DNA of 64,000 nucleotides from an uncultured Thiothrix sp. (lineage in GTDB: Bacteria > Pseudomonadota > Gammaproteobacteria > Poriferisulfidales > GCA-002705445): positions 36,465-100,464 of the forward strand of contig CACEJE010000001.1 in NCBI GenBank assembly GCA_902559815.1, given 5' to 3'. Below the pieces are notes generated by a model that saw only the letters and a list, made by a program, of their open reading frames with translations, was not told where the DNA came from and made no database searches. Numbering within the stretch: position 1 is the stretch's first letter; each line of letters begins with the position of its first letter. Positions 29,437-39,137 of this stretch are shown here, piece by piece. The translations under genes and the position numbers were made by a program.

Positions 29437-30048
29437 ATGCTTATTAAAATACATAGAATTTTTGGTATATCTCTAGTTTTTTTTGTTCTAGTTCTTTCTA
29501 TTACTGGATCATTATTGCAACATGCAGAAGATTTTAATTTAAGGAAAAGCTATGCTCCTGGATATATTGCGATAAAATTTTATGGTATACAGCCTTGCGA
29601 GATTTCATCTATTCAAGTGAGTGATAAGTGGATATCAGTTTGCAATGATAATTTATATTTTAATAGTACTAAAATTTTAAATAACATAGTATCGCTTCAA
29701 GAAGTGTATAAAGAAGATAACCTTTATTATATAAAATATGATAATCATCTAATTAAAATTGATAGCTCTGCAGAAATACAAGATATGATTCACTTGGACG
29801 AAAAAGATAATCAAAATGAATATAAAGTTCAGCTAAAGAAAAATATTGTTCCAGAAAATATTAAAGAAGAGATTAGAAAAAAAAGTTTATCGAAAACAAT
29901 AACTTATGAAAGAATTGTGGTTGATTTGCATTCTGGGAGACTATTCGGTGCAGTCGGTGTGACTTTAGTAGATCTTGTTACACTAGGTTTTATTATATTA
30001 TCTATTACGGGCACAATATCATGGATAAGGCATAAAAAATTTTATTAA
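29437..30048 (+). CDS. PepSY-associated transmembrane protein
   Basis: 203 aa. N-terminal TM with IHRIFG, C-terminal DLHSGRLFG followed by a TM helix and WIRHKK. This is the usual PepSY_TM signature. Confidence 0.6.
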   Translation: MLIKIHRIFGISLVFFVLVLSITGSLLQHAEDFNLRKSYAPGYIAIKFYGIQPCEISSIQVSDKWISVCNDNLYFNSTKILNNIVSLQEVYKEDNLYYIKYDNHLIKIDSSAEIQDMIHLDEKDNQNEYKVQLKKNIVPENIKEEIRKKSLSKTITYERIVVDLHSGRLFGAVGVTLVDLVTLGFIILSITGTISWIRHKKFY

Positions 30049-30094
30049 TCGTATATAATAATTAAAGAAATTAACAAAATGAGAATGATTTGAC

Positions 30095-30664
30095 GTGGAA
30101 GAAAAAGATAACAAAGAAAAAATTAGCGATATAGAACTATCTTTGATAACCGCTATATCTAGTCTTGAAAATAAACTAGAGGAACTAGATCATAATATTT
30201 CCGCTATGCCAAAAGTAAATAATATTACAAATGTAAATAGTGAAAAAGAAAAAGAAATATTAAATAAAATAAACGAGTTGGAGAAAAAAATTTCATCAAT
30301 TGATTTAAGTTCAAAAAAAGAGGTTTCTGTAGATAAAAATAATGATTTTAATGATACTGCAACTAAAGGTAGGTTCAAATTAAAAAATAAAGGATATGCT
30401 GCAGCAGAAATACTTAGATTAAAAAGAATAGAAAATATAGAAAAATCAATAAATGACTTAACAGAAAGATTTAATACAAAATATGGTGAAAATCAATCAA
30501 ATTTTGAGAATAAAAAAAATACATATACAAATAATTATGAGGTTACAACTGAGGAATTTTTTGTAAGATCAAGAAGAATTTATTTTGGATTTTTATTTTC
30601 AATTATTATTGTATTTTTATTAATAATTTTGGTTAATGAAATAAGTATTTTGTCTCTATATTAG
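30095..30664 (+). CDS. hypothetical coiled-coil protein with C-terminal membrane anchor
   Basis: 189 aa with a GTG start. Lys/Glu-rich helical sequence and a single C-terminal TM (YFGFLFSIIIVFLLIILV). No recognisable family. Confidence 0.4.
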   Translation: MEEKDNKEKISDIELSLITAISSLENKLEELDHNISAMPKVNNITNVNSEKEKEILNKINELEKKISSIDLSSKKEVSVDKNNDFNDTATKGRFKLKNKGYAAAEILRLKRIENIEKSINDLTERFNTKYGENQSNFENKKNTYTNNYEVTTEEFFVRSRRIYFGFLFSIIIVFLLIILVNEISILSLY

Positions 30665-30858
30665 GAAACTAATTTGAATTTCATAATTAAGTTTATAATT
30701 TTTTTTTTAGGATTATTTGTCAAGATGTTTTCTTATACTTTACTTTTATTTTTTTTATTTTTTCTAGGAATAATATTATTTGTGTATATAAATTTTGGTG
30801 ATGAAATAACAATCATTATTGAGAAACTTCACCAAACTATTCCACAGGCTATTGCAAT

Positions 30859-32697
30859 TTAATCAATATCTAAAAAACTTTTTAATTGTTCTGATCTGCT
30901 AGGGTGTCTAAGTTTTCTCAGAGCTTTTGCTTCTATTTGTCTAATTCTCTCACGAGTAACATCAAACTGCTTTCCGACCTCCTCAAGAGTATGGTCTGTA
31001 TTCATATCTATACCAAAACGCATTCTTAAAACTTTTGCTTCTCTCGGGGTTAAAGATCCTAAAATACTTCTTGTTGCTTCTCCAAGACTTTCGTTTGCCG
31101 CTGACTCCATGGGGGTTAATATATTTCCGTCTTCAATGAAATCGCCTAAATGAGAGTCTTCGTCATCACCAATCGGTGTCTCCATTGATATTGGTTCTTT
31201 AGCAATTTTTAAAACTTTTCTTATTTTATCTTCTGGCATAGCCATTTTGATTGATAATTCCTCTGGTGTTGGTTCTTTACCATTCTCTTGGGTCATTTGT
31301 CTTGATATTCTATTTAGTTTATTAATAGTTTCAATCATATGCACAGGAATTCGAATAGTTCTAGCTTGGTCCGCAATAGACCTTGTGATTGCTTGTCTTA
31401 TCCACCAAGTTGCATAAGTAGAAAATTTATATCCTCTTCTGTATTCAAATTTATCTACAGCTTTCATCAGACCAATATTACCTTCTTGTATTAAATCTAA
31501 AAATTGCAAGCCTCTATTTGTGTATTTTTTAGCTATAGAAATCACAAGACGAAGATTTGCTTCAATCATTTCTTTTTTAGCACGTTTCGATTTTGCCTCA
31601 CCAATTGACATTTTTCTGTTAATCTCTTTAATTTCTGCAACTGTCAAATCAGTTTGCTCTTCTATTTTTAAAAGTTTCTTTTGTAGCTTAACTATTTCGT
31701 CTTTATTCTTTTTTAATTTTGCAGCATATTTTGGCTTGCCTTTTAATCTATTTTGGACCCAAGACAAATTTGTACTGTGTTCTGTAAAACTTTTAATAAA
31801 TTCTCGTCTTGGCATTCCTGAAGATGTAGCTAATTTAGCTATAGCTTTTTCATTCTCGCGAATTTTAGATACAATTAATTTTAAATCGTATTTCAATTCA
31901 CTTAAAAGAAGAGGAACAATCCTAAATCTCATAAAATAATCAGCAACTTTTTCTCTAGCTTTTAAAAGTTTTTTTGAGTCACTTTTTACTGCTGGCTGAT
32001 TGGTTTTTTTAAATAATTTTATTAAAGTTTCAAAATGTAATTTAGCTTCTTCAGGGTCAATACCGGTATCAATATCTGCCTCAGCTTGTTCATCATCTTC
32101 ATCTTCATCTTTTACATCATGGTTTGCAATTGCCTCATTGTCTGCATCAGGATCAATAAATCCATTTAATAAGTCTGTAAGTTTTAATCTTTCAATTTCT
32201 TCATCTTCATCTTCATCTTCCTCGGGCTGATTTATTACTAGCGCATAAGATGTAAGAAGTTTTTCAATTGTATTTGGATAAAAAGCTAAAGCATGAGTAA
32301 CTTGATTTATGCCCTCTTCAATTCTTTTTGCAATACTTATTTCACCTTCCCTTGTTAGAAGATTTACAGTACCCATTTCGCGCATATACATTCTTACAGG
32401 ATCAGTGGTTCTTCCAAATTCTTGATCAACTGTTGCAAGAGCTTGAGCTGCTTCTTCTGCGGCATCATCGTCAGTTGATTGGTTTTCACTAAGACTTAAC
32501 GAATCTTCGTCAGGTGGTTGCTCCTGAACAACTATACCCATTTCTGTAATCATGTTTATGATATCTTCAATTTGGTCAGAATCTACGATTCCCTCTGGCA
32601 AATGATCGTTAACTTCAGCATAGGTTAAATAACCTTGCTCTTTTCCTTTTGAGATAAGTTCTTTAATTTTAGTTTGTTGGTCTTGGGCTATAGTCAT
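30859..32697 (-). CDS. rpoD: RNA polymerase sigma factor RpoD (sigma70)
   Basis: 612 aa. Acidic region 1.1/NCR, region 2.4 [12 protein letters not shown] and region 4.2 [27 protein letters not shown]. Confidence 0.95.
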   Translation of the reverse strand: MTIAQDQQTKIKELISKGKEQGYLTYAEVNDHLPEGIVDSDQIEDIINMITEMGIVVQEQPPDEDSLSLSENQSTDDDAAEEAAQALATVDQEFGRTTDPVRMYMREMGTVNLLTREGEISIAKRIEEGINQVTHALAFYPNTIEKLLTSYALVINQPEEDEDEDEEIERLKLTDLLNGFIDPDADNEAIANHDVKDEDEDDEQAEADIDTGIDPEEAKLHFETLIKLFKKTNQPAVKSDSKKLLKAREKVADYFMRFRIVPLLLSELKYDLKLIVSKIRENEKAIAKLATSSGMPRREFIKSFTEHSTNLSWVQNRLKGKPKYAAKLKKNKDEIVKLQKKLLKIEEQTDLTVAEIKEINRKMSIGEAKSKRAKKEMIEANLRLVISIAKKYTNRGLQFLDLIQEGNIGLMKAVDKFEYRRGYKFSTYATWWIRQAITRSIADQARTIRIPVHMIETINKLNRISRQMTQENGKEPTPEELSIKMAMPEDKIRKVLKIAKEPISMETPIGDDEDSHLGDFIEDGNILTPMESAANESLGEATRSILGSLTPREAKVLRMRFGIDMNTDHTLEEVGKQFDVTRERIRQIEAKALRKLRHPSRSEQLKSFLDID

Positions 32698-32769
32698 TAT
32701 TAAAAAGTGGGTATAAGCTAACTTTGTATAAATTGGGCAAAAATTATACCATATAAAACAAATATTACT

Positions 32770-34482
32770 TTAAAAATTCTTTGATTTCTTATCAATTTCT
32801 CTAATTTCTCTATTCAGTTCAGCGGTTTTCTCGAGATTAGAAGGATCAATCTCATCAAGCTTATCTTTTAATAAATTCTTGATTACGAGATAAATGTAGG
32901 CGTGAAACTCTTTATCTGGAAAATCATATTTTGGTATTGGCATCATACTTATTTTATTCAAAGAACTATAGATATTTTCATCTTCTCTAAAATTTTCGAT
33001 GATCCTACCTATGTTCATATTTTTATTTTTTTTTGTTAATTCCAAAATAGATTTTATTATCTTGATACCTATATTATCTTTTAAATGATTATCTCTTATT
33101 AATTTTTCATCGACAGAAATATTTGGATGATGCAAAAGAATTAAAATAGCTTTTTGAAGAGGGGAAGTGGTTTTATATTTTTTTTGTTTGATTTTTGGGG
33201 AACTATTATCTTTGGTTTCATCATATTTCGAGCCAATTTTTTCGTTTAAACTTACAAGCAACATATTTTTTAAAATTTTTGCACTTAAATTATTTAAAAG
33301 TGAATTTATTCTTTTTAGATATTGTGTTTTTCCTGCAGCTGTACTTAAATCAAATTCTTTTGAAAATCTACGATATATAAATTCTTCAATGCTTATCTTA
33401 TTCCTGATTTGTTGGTCCCATAATTCCCGCCCTCCTTTTTCTACAATATTATCTGGGTCATTGTCTTTAGGTAGAAAAACAAAACTTATTACATCTCCGT
33501 CCTTTATAACCGGCATAATATTTTCAACACCTTGCCACGCCGCTTTTTCTCCAGCATTATCGCCATCAAAGCAACATATAATCTCTCTTGTATATTTAAA
33601 ACATTGCGTTAAGTTTTCTTTTGTAACTGCAGTGCCTAAGGTTGCTACGACATTTTTTATTCCTGCTTGATAAAGTGCAATTACATCCATATAGCCTTCT
33701 ACTATAAACATATAGTCTTTTGATATTTTCTCTTGCTTCGCTAAATGCAAATTATATAAAATCTTTTTTTTACTAAATAACTTTGTCTCAGGAGAATTCA
33801 TATATTTAGCTTCAGTTCTCTCTTTATTTTCGACTAAAATTCTTCCACCAAAAGCGATAATTTTTCCATTGTGGTCATTAATTGGGAACATGATTCTTCC
33901 GCGAAATTTATCATAGGAATTATTGTTCTTTTTTGCGATTAGACCTGCATCCAAGAGATTTGATTCAGAGTAATTTTTATTTAATTTTACTTTAAGGCTT
34001 TGAAAACTATCTTCGGAATAACCTAAATTAAATACTTTTGCAGTCTCACCTTTAATATTTCTATTTTTTAGATAGGCGATTGCTTGATTTGACACTTTAA
34101 GTTGATCTGTAAAAATTTTTTGACTATCTTTTAAGCAATTATGAATAATTTTTTGCGTTTCATATAATTTATTTGTTTCTTTATCTCGCGGAATCTCTAC
34201 ACCTAATGTGTTAGCAAGTGCTTCAATTGCCTCTGGAAAAGTTTTGTTGGTGTGCTCCATAATAAATCCTATAGAATTACCGTGAGCACCACAACCAAAA
34301 CAATGATAAAACTGTTTATTTTCACTTACACTAAATGAAGATGTTTTTTCGCTATGAAATGGGCAGTTAGACCAATAATCATTACCCTTTTTTTCGAGTT
34401 TTATATAGTTACCAATAATATCAACTATATTTGCTCTTTCTAATAAATTGTCAATGAAATCTTTTGGTATATTTTGTGCCAT
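32770..34482 (-). CDS. dnaG: DNA primase
   Basis: 570 aa. Zinc ribbon CPFHSEKTSSFSV...YHCFGCGAHGN and Toprim EGYMDV...DGDNAG. Confidence 0.92.
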   Translation of the reverse strand: MAQNIPKDFIDNLLERANIVDIIGNYIKLEKKGNDYWSNCPFHSEKTSSFSVSENKQFYHCFGCGAHGNSIGFIMEHTNKTFPEAIEALANTLGVEIPRDKETNKLYETQKIIHNCLKDSQKIFTDQLKVSNQAIAYLKNRNIKGETAKVFNLGYSEDSFQSLKVKLNKNYSESNLLDAGLIAKKNNNSYDKFRGRIMFPINDHNGKIIAFGGRILVENKERTEAKYMNSPETKLFSKKKILYNLHLAKQEKISKDYMFIVEGYMDVIALYQAGIKNVVATLGTAVTKENLTQCFKYTREIICCFDGDNAGEKAAWQGVENIMPVIKDGDVISFVFLPKDNDPDNIVEKGGRELWDQQIRNKISIEEFIYRRFSKEFDLSTAAGKTQYLKRINSLLNNLSAKILKNMLLVSLNEKIGSKYDETKDNSSPKIKQKKYKTTSPLQKAILILLHHPNISVDEKLIRDNHLKDNIGIKIIKSILELTKKNKNMNIGRIIENFREDENIYSSLNKISMMPIPKYDFPDKEFHAYIYLVIKNLLKDKLDEIDPSNLEKTAELNREIREIDKKSKNF

Positions 34483-34483
34483 T

Positions 34484-37400
34484 TTAAGCAGCTACACTAT
34501 CCTTTTTAAGGAGTTCTTCAATTTTTATAGTTTTTGGTTTTACCATTAAGAATTTGTTAGCATAATTTTCAAAGTTATTTAATATTTCTTTGCCCCAATT
34601 ACTTTGTGTTTTTTTGCAGTAGTCTTCGATAGCAGTGATAAGGAAAGATTGTAATTCTGGGTAACTACTCATTTTTAAAATCTCTACAAGCTCTGGATTG
34701 TATTTATTTTTAAAATCATTATTTTCATCCAAGACTAGAGCAAACCCTCCCGACATTCCTGCTCCAAAGTTAATTCCAGTTTTACCTAAGATTATTACGA
34801 TACCGTTTGTCATATATTCACAACCGTGATCACCAACACCTTCGACAATTGCAATAGCACCTGAGTTTCTAACGGCAAATCTTTCTCCAGCAATTCCCGA
34901 TGCGTAAAGTTTACCCCCTGTTGCTCCATAAAGACAAGTATTTCCTATAATTACAGAATTTTTACTTTCAAAACCAGCTTCCTTTGGAGGATAAACAATT
35001 ATTTCACCGGAAGCCATTCCCTTGCCTACATAGTCATTAGCGTCACCTTCAAGAGTTAAATTCAAACCTCCTGCATTCCATACTCCAAAACTTTGTCCTG
35101 CAGTTCCTTCAAAGAAAAGGTTAATTGGTTTTTTAGACATTCCATAATTACCGTACAATTTTGCAATCAGACCTGAAGTACTAGCCCCAACAGATCTATC
35201 TGTGTTTTTGATTCTATATTTAAAGTTACCACCTAATTTATTTTCAATATTATTAATAACATCTTGATCAATCTGTTTAGATAATTCTGCTTTATCCCAC
35301 GGATCATTATTTTTGACTTCACAGAAGTGAGAGATATTTTTATCAACATTTGCATTAGATACTATAGGGTCGATTATTAAATTTTTTAATTTACCATCTT
35401 TTTTAGATTTAATTTTAAAAATTTCAGTTTTTCCAATTATATCTGATAGTTTTTTATAACCAAGGTTTGCTAAAATTATTCTGGTTTCCTGAGCAATGAA
35501 TTTAAAATAATTCATAACCATTTCATCTTTGCCAATAAAATGATATTTTCTTAAAATAGTATTTTGAGTAGCTACGCCAGTTGCGCAATTATTTAAATGA
35601 CAAATTCTTAAATATTTGCAACCCATAGCAATCATTGGGCCTGTACCAAAACCAAAACTTTCAGCTCCTAAAATTGCTGCCTTAATAACATCTAAACCAG
35701 TTTTTAATCCACCATCTGCTTGTAGTCTAATATTTTTTCTTAAATTATTTGCTCTTAAGGTCTGATGGGTTTCTGATAAGCCCATTTCCCAAGGACCTCC
35801 TGCATATTTTATACTTGATAGAGGACTAGCACCTGTTCCTCCATCATAACCAGATATAGTAATAAGGTCAGCGTAAGCTTTTGTAACGCCAGCTGCAATT
35901 GTTCCAACACCTGCTTCAGCTACCAACTTAACTGATACTAATGCCGCAGGATTAACTTGCTTGAGATCAAAAATGAGTTGCGCTAAATCTTCAATAGAAT
36001 ATATATCGTGATGGGGTGGCGGTGAAATTAACGTTATTCCTGGATTTGAGTATCTTAATGTTGCGATTAACTTATCAACTTTATCTCCCGGAAGTTGCCC
36101 ACCTTCTCCTGGCTTTGCTCCCTGTGCGATCTTAATTTGAATAACTTCTGCATTAACTAAGTAATGCGGAGTTACTCCGAATCTGCCAGATGCAACTTGT
36201 TTAATTTTAGAATTCTTGTCAGTATTAAATCTTTTTTCATCTTCTCCACCCTCTCCAGAGTTTGATCTTCCTCCCATTTTATTCATTGCTTGAGCTAATG
36301 TTTCATGAGCATCAGGCGAAAGCGCGCCAAGTGACATACCAGCTGAATCAAATCTTAGTAAAATATCTTCTATAGGCTCAACTTCATCAAGCGGGATAGG
36401 TTTTTTAGAACTTTTTAAATCTAATAAATCCCTAATTACCATCGTTTCTCTATTGTTTACGATGTTGCTATATTTTTCATAATCAGAATATTCTCCACTT
36501 TTGACAGCATCTTGAAGTGTTTTGACTACATCAGGATTATAAGCATGAAATTCTTCTCCATGAACATATTTCAGTAAGCCTCCTTGTTTAATACCTTTTC
36601 TTATGCTCCAAGTATTCTTTGCTAAAAGTTCTTGGTCTTTTTGAAGGTCATCAAAAGTTGTGCCTGACAGTCTATTTATCGTGTCACAAAAACATAAATC
36701 TACAACTTCTTGATTTAACCCTATGCATTCAAATAATTGAGAGCCTCTATAACTAGCTATTGTTGAAATTCCCATTTTTGATAAAATTTTAAATAAGCCT
36801 TTATTTATTCCTTGTCTGTAATTTCTTGTGGCTTCAAAAAATTCTGTATTATTATTAGATTTATTAAGAATCATACTGTTAAGTGATTGATAAGCTAAGT
36901 ATGGATATATAGCTGTTGCCCCATACCCGATTAAAGTAGCGCAATGGTGGGAGTCTCTAGCTGTAGCTGTTTCCACAATTATATTTACTTTTGTTCTTAA
37001 GCCATTATTAATCAACGCGTGATGAACTGCACCAGTAGCAAGTAAAGCATGAATTGGAATTTTTCCTTTTTTAATATTTTTATCCGTGAGTATAAGAAAA
37101 ACTATTTTATTTTTTGCAGACGTAATTGCTCTTTTTGTTAAGTCTTTGATAGCTTCTTCAAGAGGTATTTCAATAGAATAATTTAAGTCCAAAATCTCAT
37201 AAGTAAATTTTTTATTTTTCAATTCCTGTAATTGTTTAAATTTTCTAAAAGAGAGAATTGGAGATTCAATAGTTAATCTATGTGCATGCTCGGAACCTTC
37301 CTCAAAGACATTTAAGTCAGGCCCAAGGAATGTTTCTAATGACATGACATTACTTTCTCTTATAGGATCAATTGGGGGGTTAGTCACTTGAGCAAATTGT

Positions 37401-38950
37401 TGCCTAAAATAATCATATAAAGACCTTATTTCCTTAGATAGCACAGGAAATGGAGTATCATCGCCCATAGAGCCAATAGCTTCTTGGCTAAGCTTTGATA
37501 GCGGCTTTAGTATTTGATCTTTTTCTTCATATGAAACATTAAACATTTTTTCATATTGTTTAATCTGATTTTCATCAAAGAATTCTAATTCTGGAAACTT
37601 ATCGGGAATTATTCTTCTCATAGTTTCAGCTCCAGAATCCATCCATTCTTTATAAGGGCATCTGCTTTTTAAAATGTCATCAATGTCATTGGAATATAAA
37701 ATCTTATTCTCCTCTGTATCTACCGCAATTATTTGTCCAGGACCAAGCTTACCTTTTTCGATAACATCTTTTTCATCATAATCGTAGACTCCTATTTCAG
37801 AAGCTACGGTAATATGTCTATCCTTTGTAATTATATATCTTGCTGGCCTTAATCCATTTCTATCAGTCACGCAAGAAGCATATCTTCCGTCAGTTAGGAC
37901 AATACCAGCTGGTCCATCCCAAGATTCCATATGTTTAGCATTATATTCATAAAATGCTTTCAAATTATGATCGCTTTCTGGGATACTTTTCCAGGCAGGC
38001 GGTATGAGAAGCTTGATTGCTTTGAATAGGTTTACACCTCCAATTGTTAAAAGTTCAAGCATGTTATCTAAGCTTTTTGAATCAGAACCTTGCATAGAAA
38101 CTAGCGGTTTTAATTCATGAAGCTCGGGTATTTTTGGAGTTTTAAATATGCTAGATCTCGCTTGAGACCAATTTCTATTAGCTCTAATTGTATTTATTTC
38201 TCCATTATGGGCCAGCATTCTAAATGGCTGCGCTAAACTCCATTGAGGTGTAGTATTTGTTGAGAATCTTTGATGGAAAACGCAAAGCGAAGTCTCAAGA
38301 TTTTTATTTGATAAGTCGCTATAAAACTTTGCTAAATGTTTTGGCATGACCATACCTTTATATAAAATAACCTTGGATGAAAAACTTGAAATATAAAATG
38401 AATCATCTTTAGTATTTGATACAAGTATTTCAATCTTTCTTCTAACAACAAGTAATCTAGATTCGATGTTTGCAATGTCAATCTTTTCTGTTGGATTTAT
38501 AAATGCTTGTTTAATATAAGGAAGAGATCTAAGAGCATCTGTACCACAAATTTTTTCGTTAACAGGCACGTCTCTCCAGCCTGCTAAAATAAAATTATGT
38601 TCATTGAGAACTTTTTCAATAATTTTTATTGAAGCATCACGTTTCTTTTTGTCTGGATTAAGAAAAAACATACCTATAGCAAAATTTTTTGCTAAATTTA
38701 TTTTTTCTTCATTAGCAAGTGATCTAAAAAAATATTCTGGAATCTTGAATAATATGCCGCAGCCGTCCCCAGAAGTTCCATCGGCGCCTACAGCACCTCT
38801 GTGGGCAAGTCTTTCAAGTGCAGTGATAGCAGTATCTATAAGCCAATGACTAGGTTTGTTGTCGATATTAGCAATCAAGCCAAATCCGCAACTATCTTTT
38901 TCAAAGTCTTTATTGTATAAACCAGTTATTTTGTCTTTGTTAATTGTCAT
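34484..38950 (-). CDS. gltB: glutamate synthase large subunit
   Basis: 1488 aa. The Ntn amidotransferase start ...DSCGFG is followed by central, FMN/3Fe-4S and GXGXG C-terminal domains. Confidence 0.95.
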   Translation of the reverse strand: MTINKDKITGLYNKDFEKDSCGFGLIANIDNKPSHWLIDTAITALERLAHRGAVGADGTSGDGCGILFKIPEYFFRSLANEEKINLAKNFAIGMFFLNPDKKKRDASIKIIEKVLNEHNFILAGWRDVPVNEKICGTDALRSLPYIKQAFINPTEKIDIANIESRLLVVRRKIEILVSNTKDDSFYISSFSSKVILYKGMVMPKHLAKFYSDLSNKNLETSLCVFHQRFSTNTTPQWSLAQPFRMLAHNGEINTIRANRNWSQARSSIFKTPKIPELHELKPLVSMQGSDSKSLDNMLELLTIGGVNLFKAIKLLIPPAWKSIPESDHNLKAFYEYNAKHMESWDGPAGIVLTDGRYASCVTDRNGLRPARYIITKDRHITVASEIGVYDYDEKDVIEKGKLGPGQIIAVDTEENKILYSNDIDDILKSRCPYKEWMDSGAETMRRIIPDKFPELEFFDENQIKQYEKMFNVSYEEKDQILKPLSKLSQEAIGSMGDDTPFPVLSKEIRSLYDYFRQQFAQVTNPPIDPIRESNVMSLETFLGPDLNVFEEGSEHAHRLTIESPILSFRKFKQLQELKNKKFTYEILDLNYSIEIPLEEAIKDLTKRAITSAKNKIVFLILTDKNIKKGKIPIHALLATGAVHHALINNGLRTKVNIIVETATARDSHHCATLIGYGATAIYPYLAYQSLNSMILNKSNNNTEFFEATRNYRQGINKGLFKILSKMGISTIASYRGSQLFECIGLNQEVVDLCFCDTINRLSGTTFDDLQKDQELLAKNTWSIRKGIKQGGLLKYVHGEEFHAYNPDVVKTLQDAVKSGEYSDYEKYSNIVNNRETMVIRDLLDLKSSKKPIPLDEVEPIEDILLRFDSAGMSLGALSPDAHETLAQAMNKMGGRSNSGEGGEDEKRFNTDKNSKIKQVASGRFGVTPHYLVNAEVIQIKIAQGAKPGEGGQLPGDKVDKLIATLRYSNPGITLISPPPHHDIYSIEDLAQLIFDLKQVNPAALVSVKLVAEAGVGTIAAGVTKAYADLITISGYDGGTGASPLSSIKYAGGPWEMGLSETHQTLRANNLRKNIRLQADGGLKTGLDVIKAAILGAESFGFGTGPMIAMGCKYLRICHLNNCATGVATQNTILRKYHFIGKDEMVMNYFKFIAQETRIILANLGYKKLSDIIGKTEIFKIKSKKDGKLKNLIIDPIVSNANVDKNISHFCEVKNNDPWDKAELSKQIDQDVINNIENKLGGNFKYRIKNTDRSVGASTSGLIAKLYGNYGMSKKPINLFFEGTAGQSFGVWNAGGLNLTLEGDANDYVGKGMASGEIIVYPPKEAGFESKNSVIIGNTCLYGATGGKLYASGIAGERFAVRNSGAIAIVEGVGDHGCEYMTNGIVIILGKTGINFGAGMSGGFALVLDENNDFKNKYNPELVEILKMSSYPELQSFLITAIEDYCKKTQSNWGKEILNNFENYANKFLMVKPKTIKIEELLKKDSVAA

Positions 38951-38970
38951 ACTCTAAAATATCAATTTCA

Positions 38971-39064
38971 CTAGAGTTTGATGATAGATCACCAAACTCT
39001 AGGTTAAAAGTTTGGTGCGTTCCTTCAGCGTTTAAACCTACTTCCGTCCTAAAAGGATGAACGT
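38971..39064 (-). promoter_or_regulatory. glutamine riboswitch-like leader (glnA RNA motif) with alternative-helix expression platform
   Basis: The minus-strand RNA reads CGUUCAUCCUUUUAGGACGGAAGUAGGUUUAAACGCUGAAGGAACG. It has a P1 CGUUC/GAACG and the conserved cores GGACGGAAGUAG and GAAGGAACG. Two mutually exclusive helices follow, sharing AGUUUG. Confidence 0.7.
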
Positions 39065-39070
39065 ATTAAC

Positions 39071-39099
39071 AGTATAGAACTTGACGCCTATTCATTCAA
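39071..39099 (-). promoter_or_regulatory. sigma70-type promoter for the gltB leader
   Basis: The minus strand reads TTGAAT - 17 nt - TATACT. The predicted start site falls a few nt before the aptamer P1. Confidence 0.5.
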
Positions 39100-39137
39100 T
39101 GTAATTATCTAATATTTATATTTCGAACAGGTAAACG

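Noticed and set aside
30674-30862. 62-aa TTG-start hydrophobic ORF.
   Set aside because: It has a non-ATG start, no RBS and no recognisable family, and it overlaps the rpoD 3' end. It is kept only as a remark inside a low-interest finding.
32000-32230. Striking GAT/GAA/TCT periodic low-complexity DNA and a Ser-rich antisense ORF.
   Set aside because: It is the coding sequence of the acidic (Asp/Glu-rich) non-conserved region of sigma70. It is not an independent repeat element or gene.
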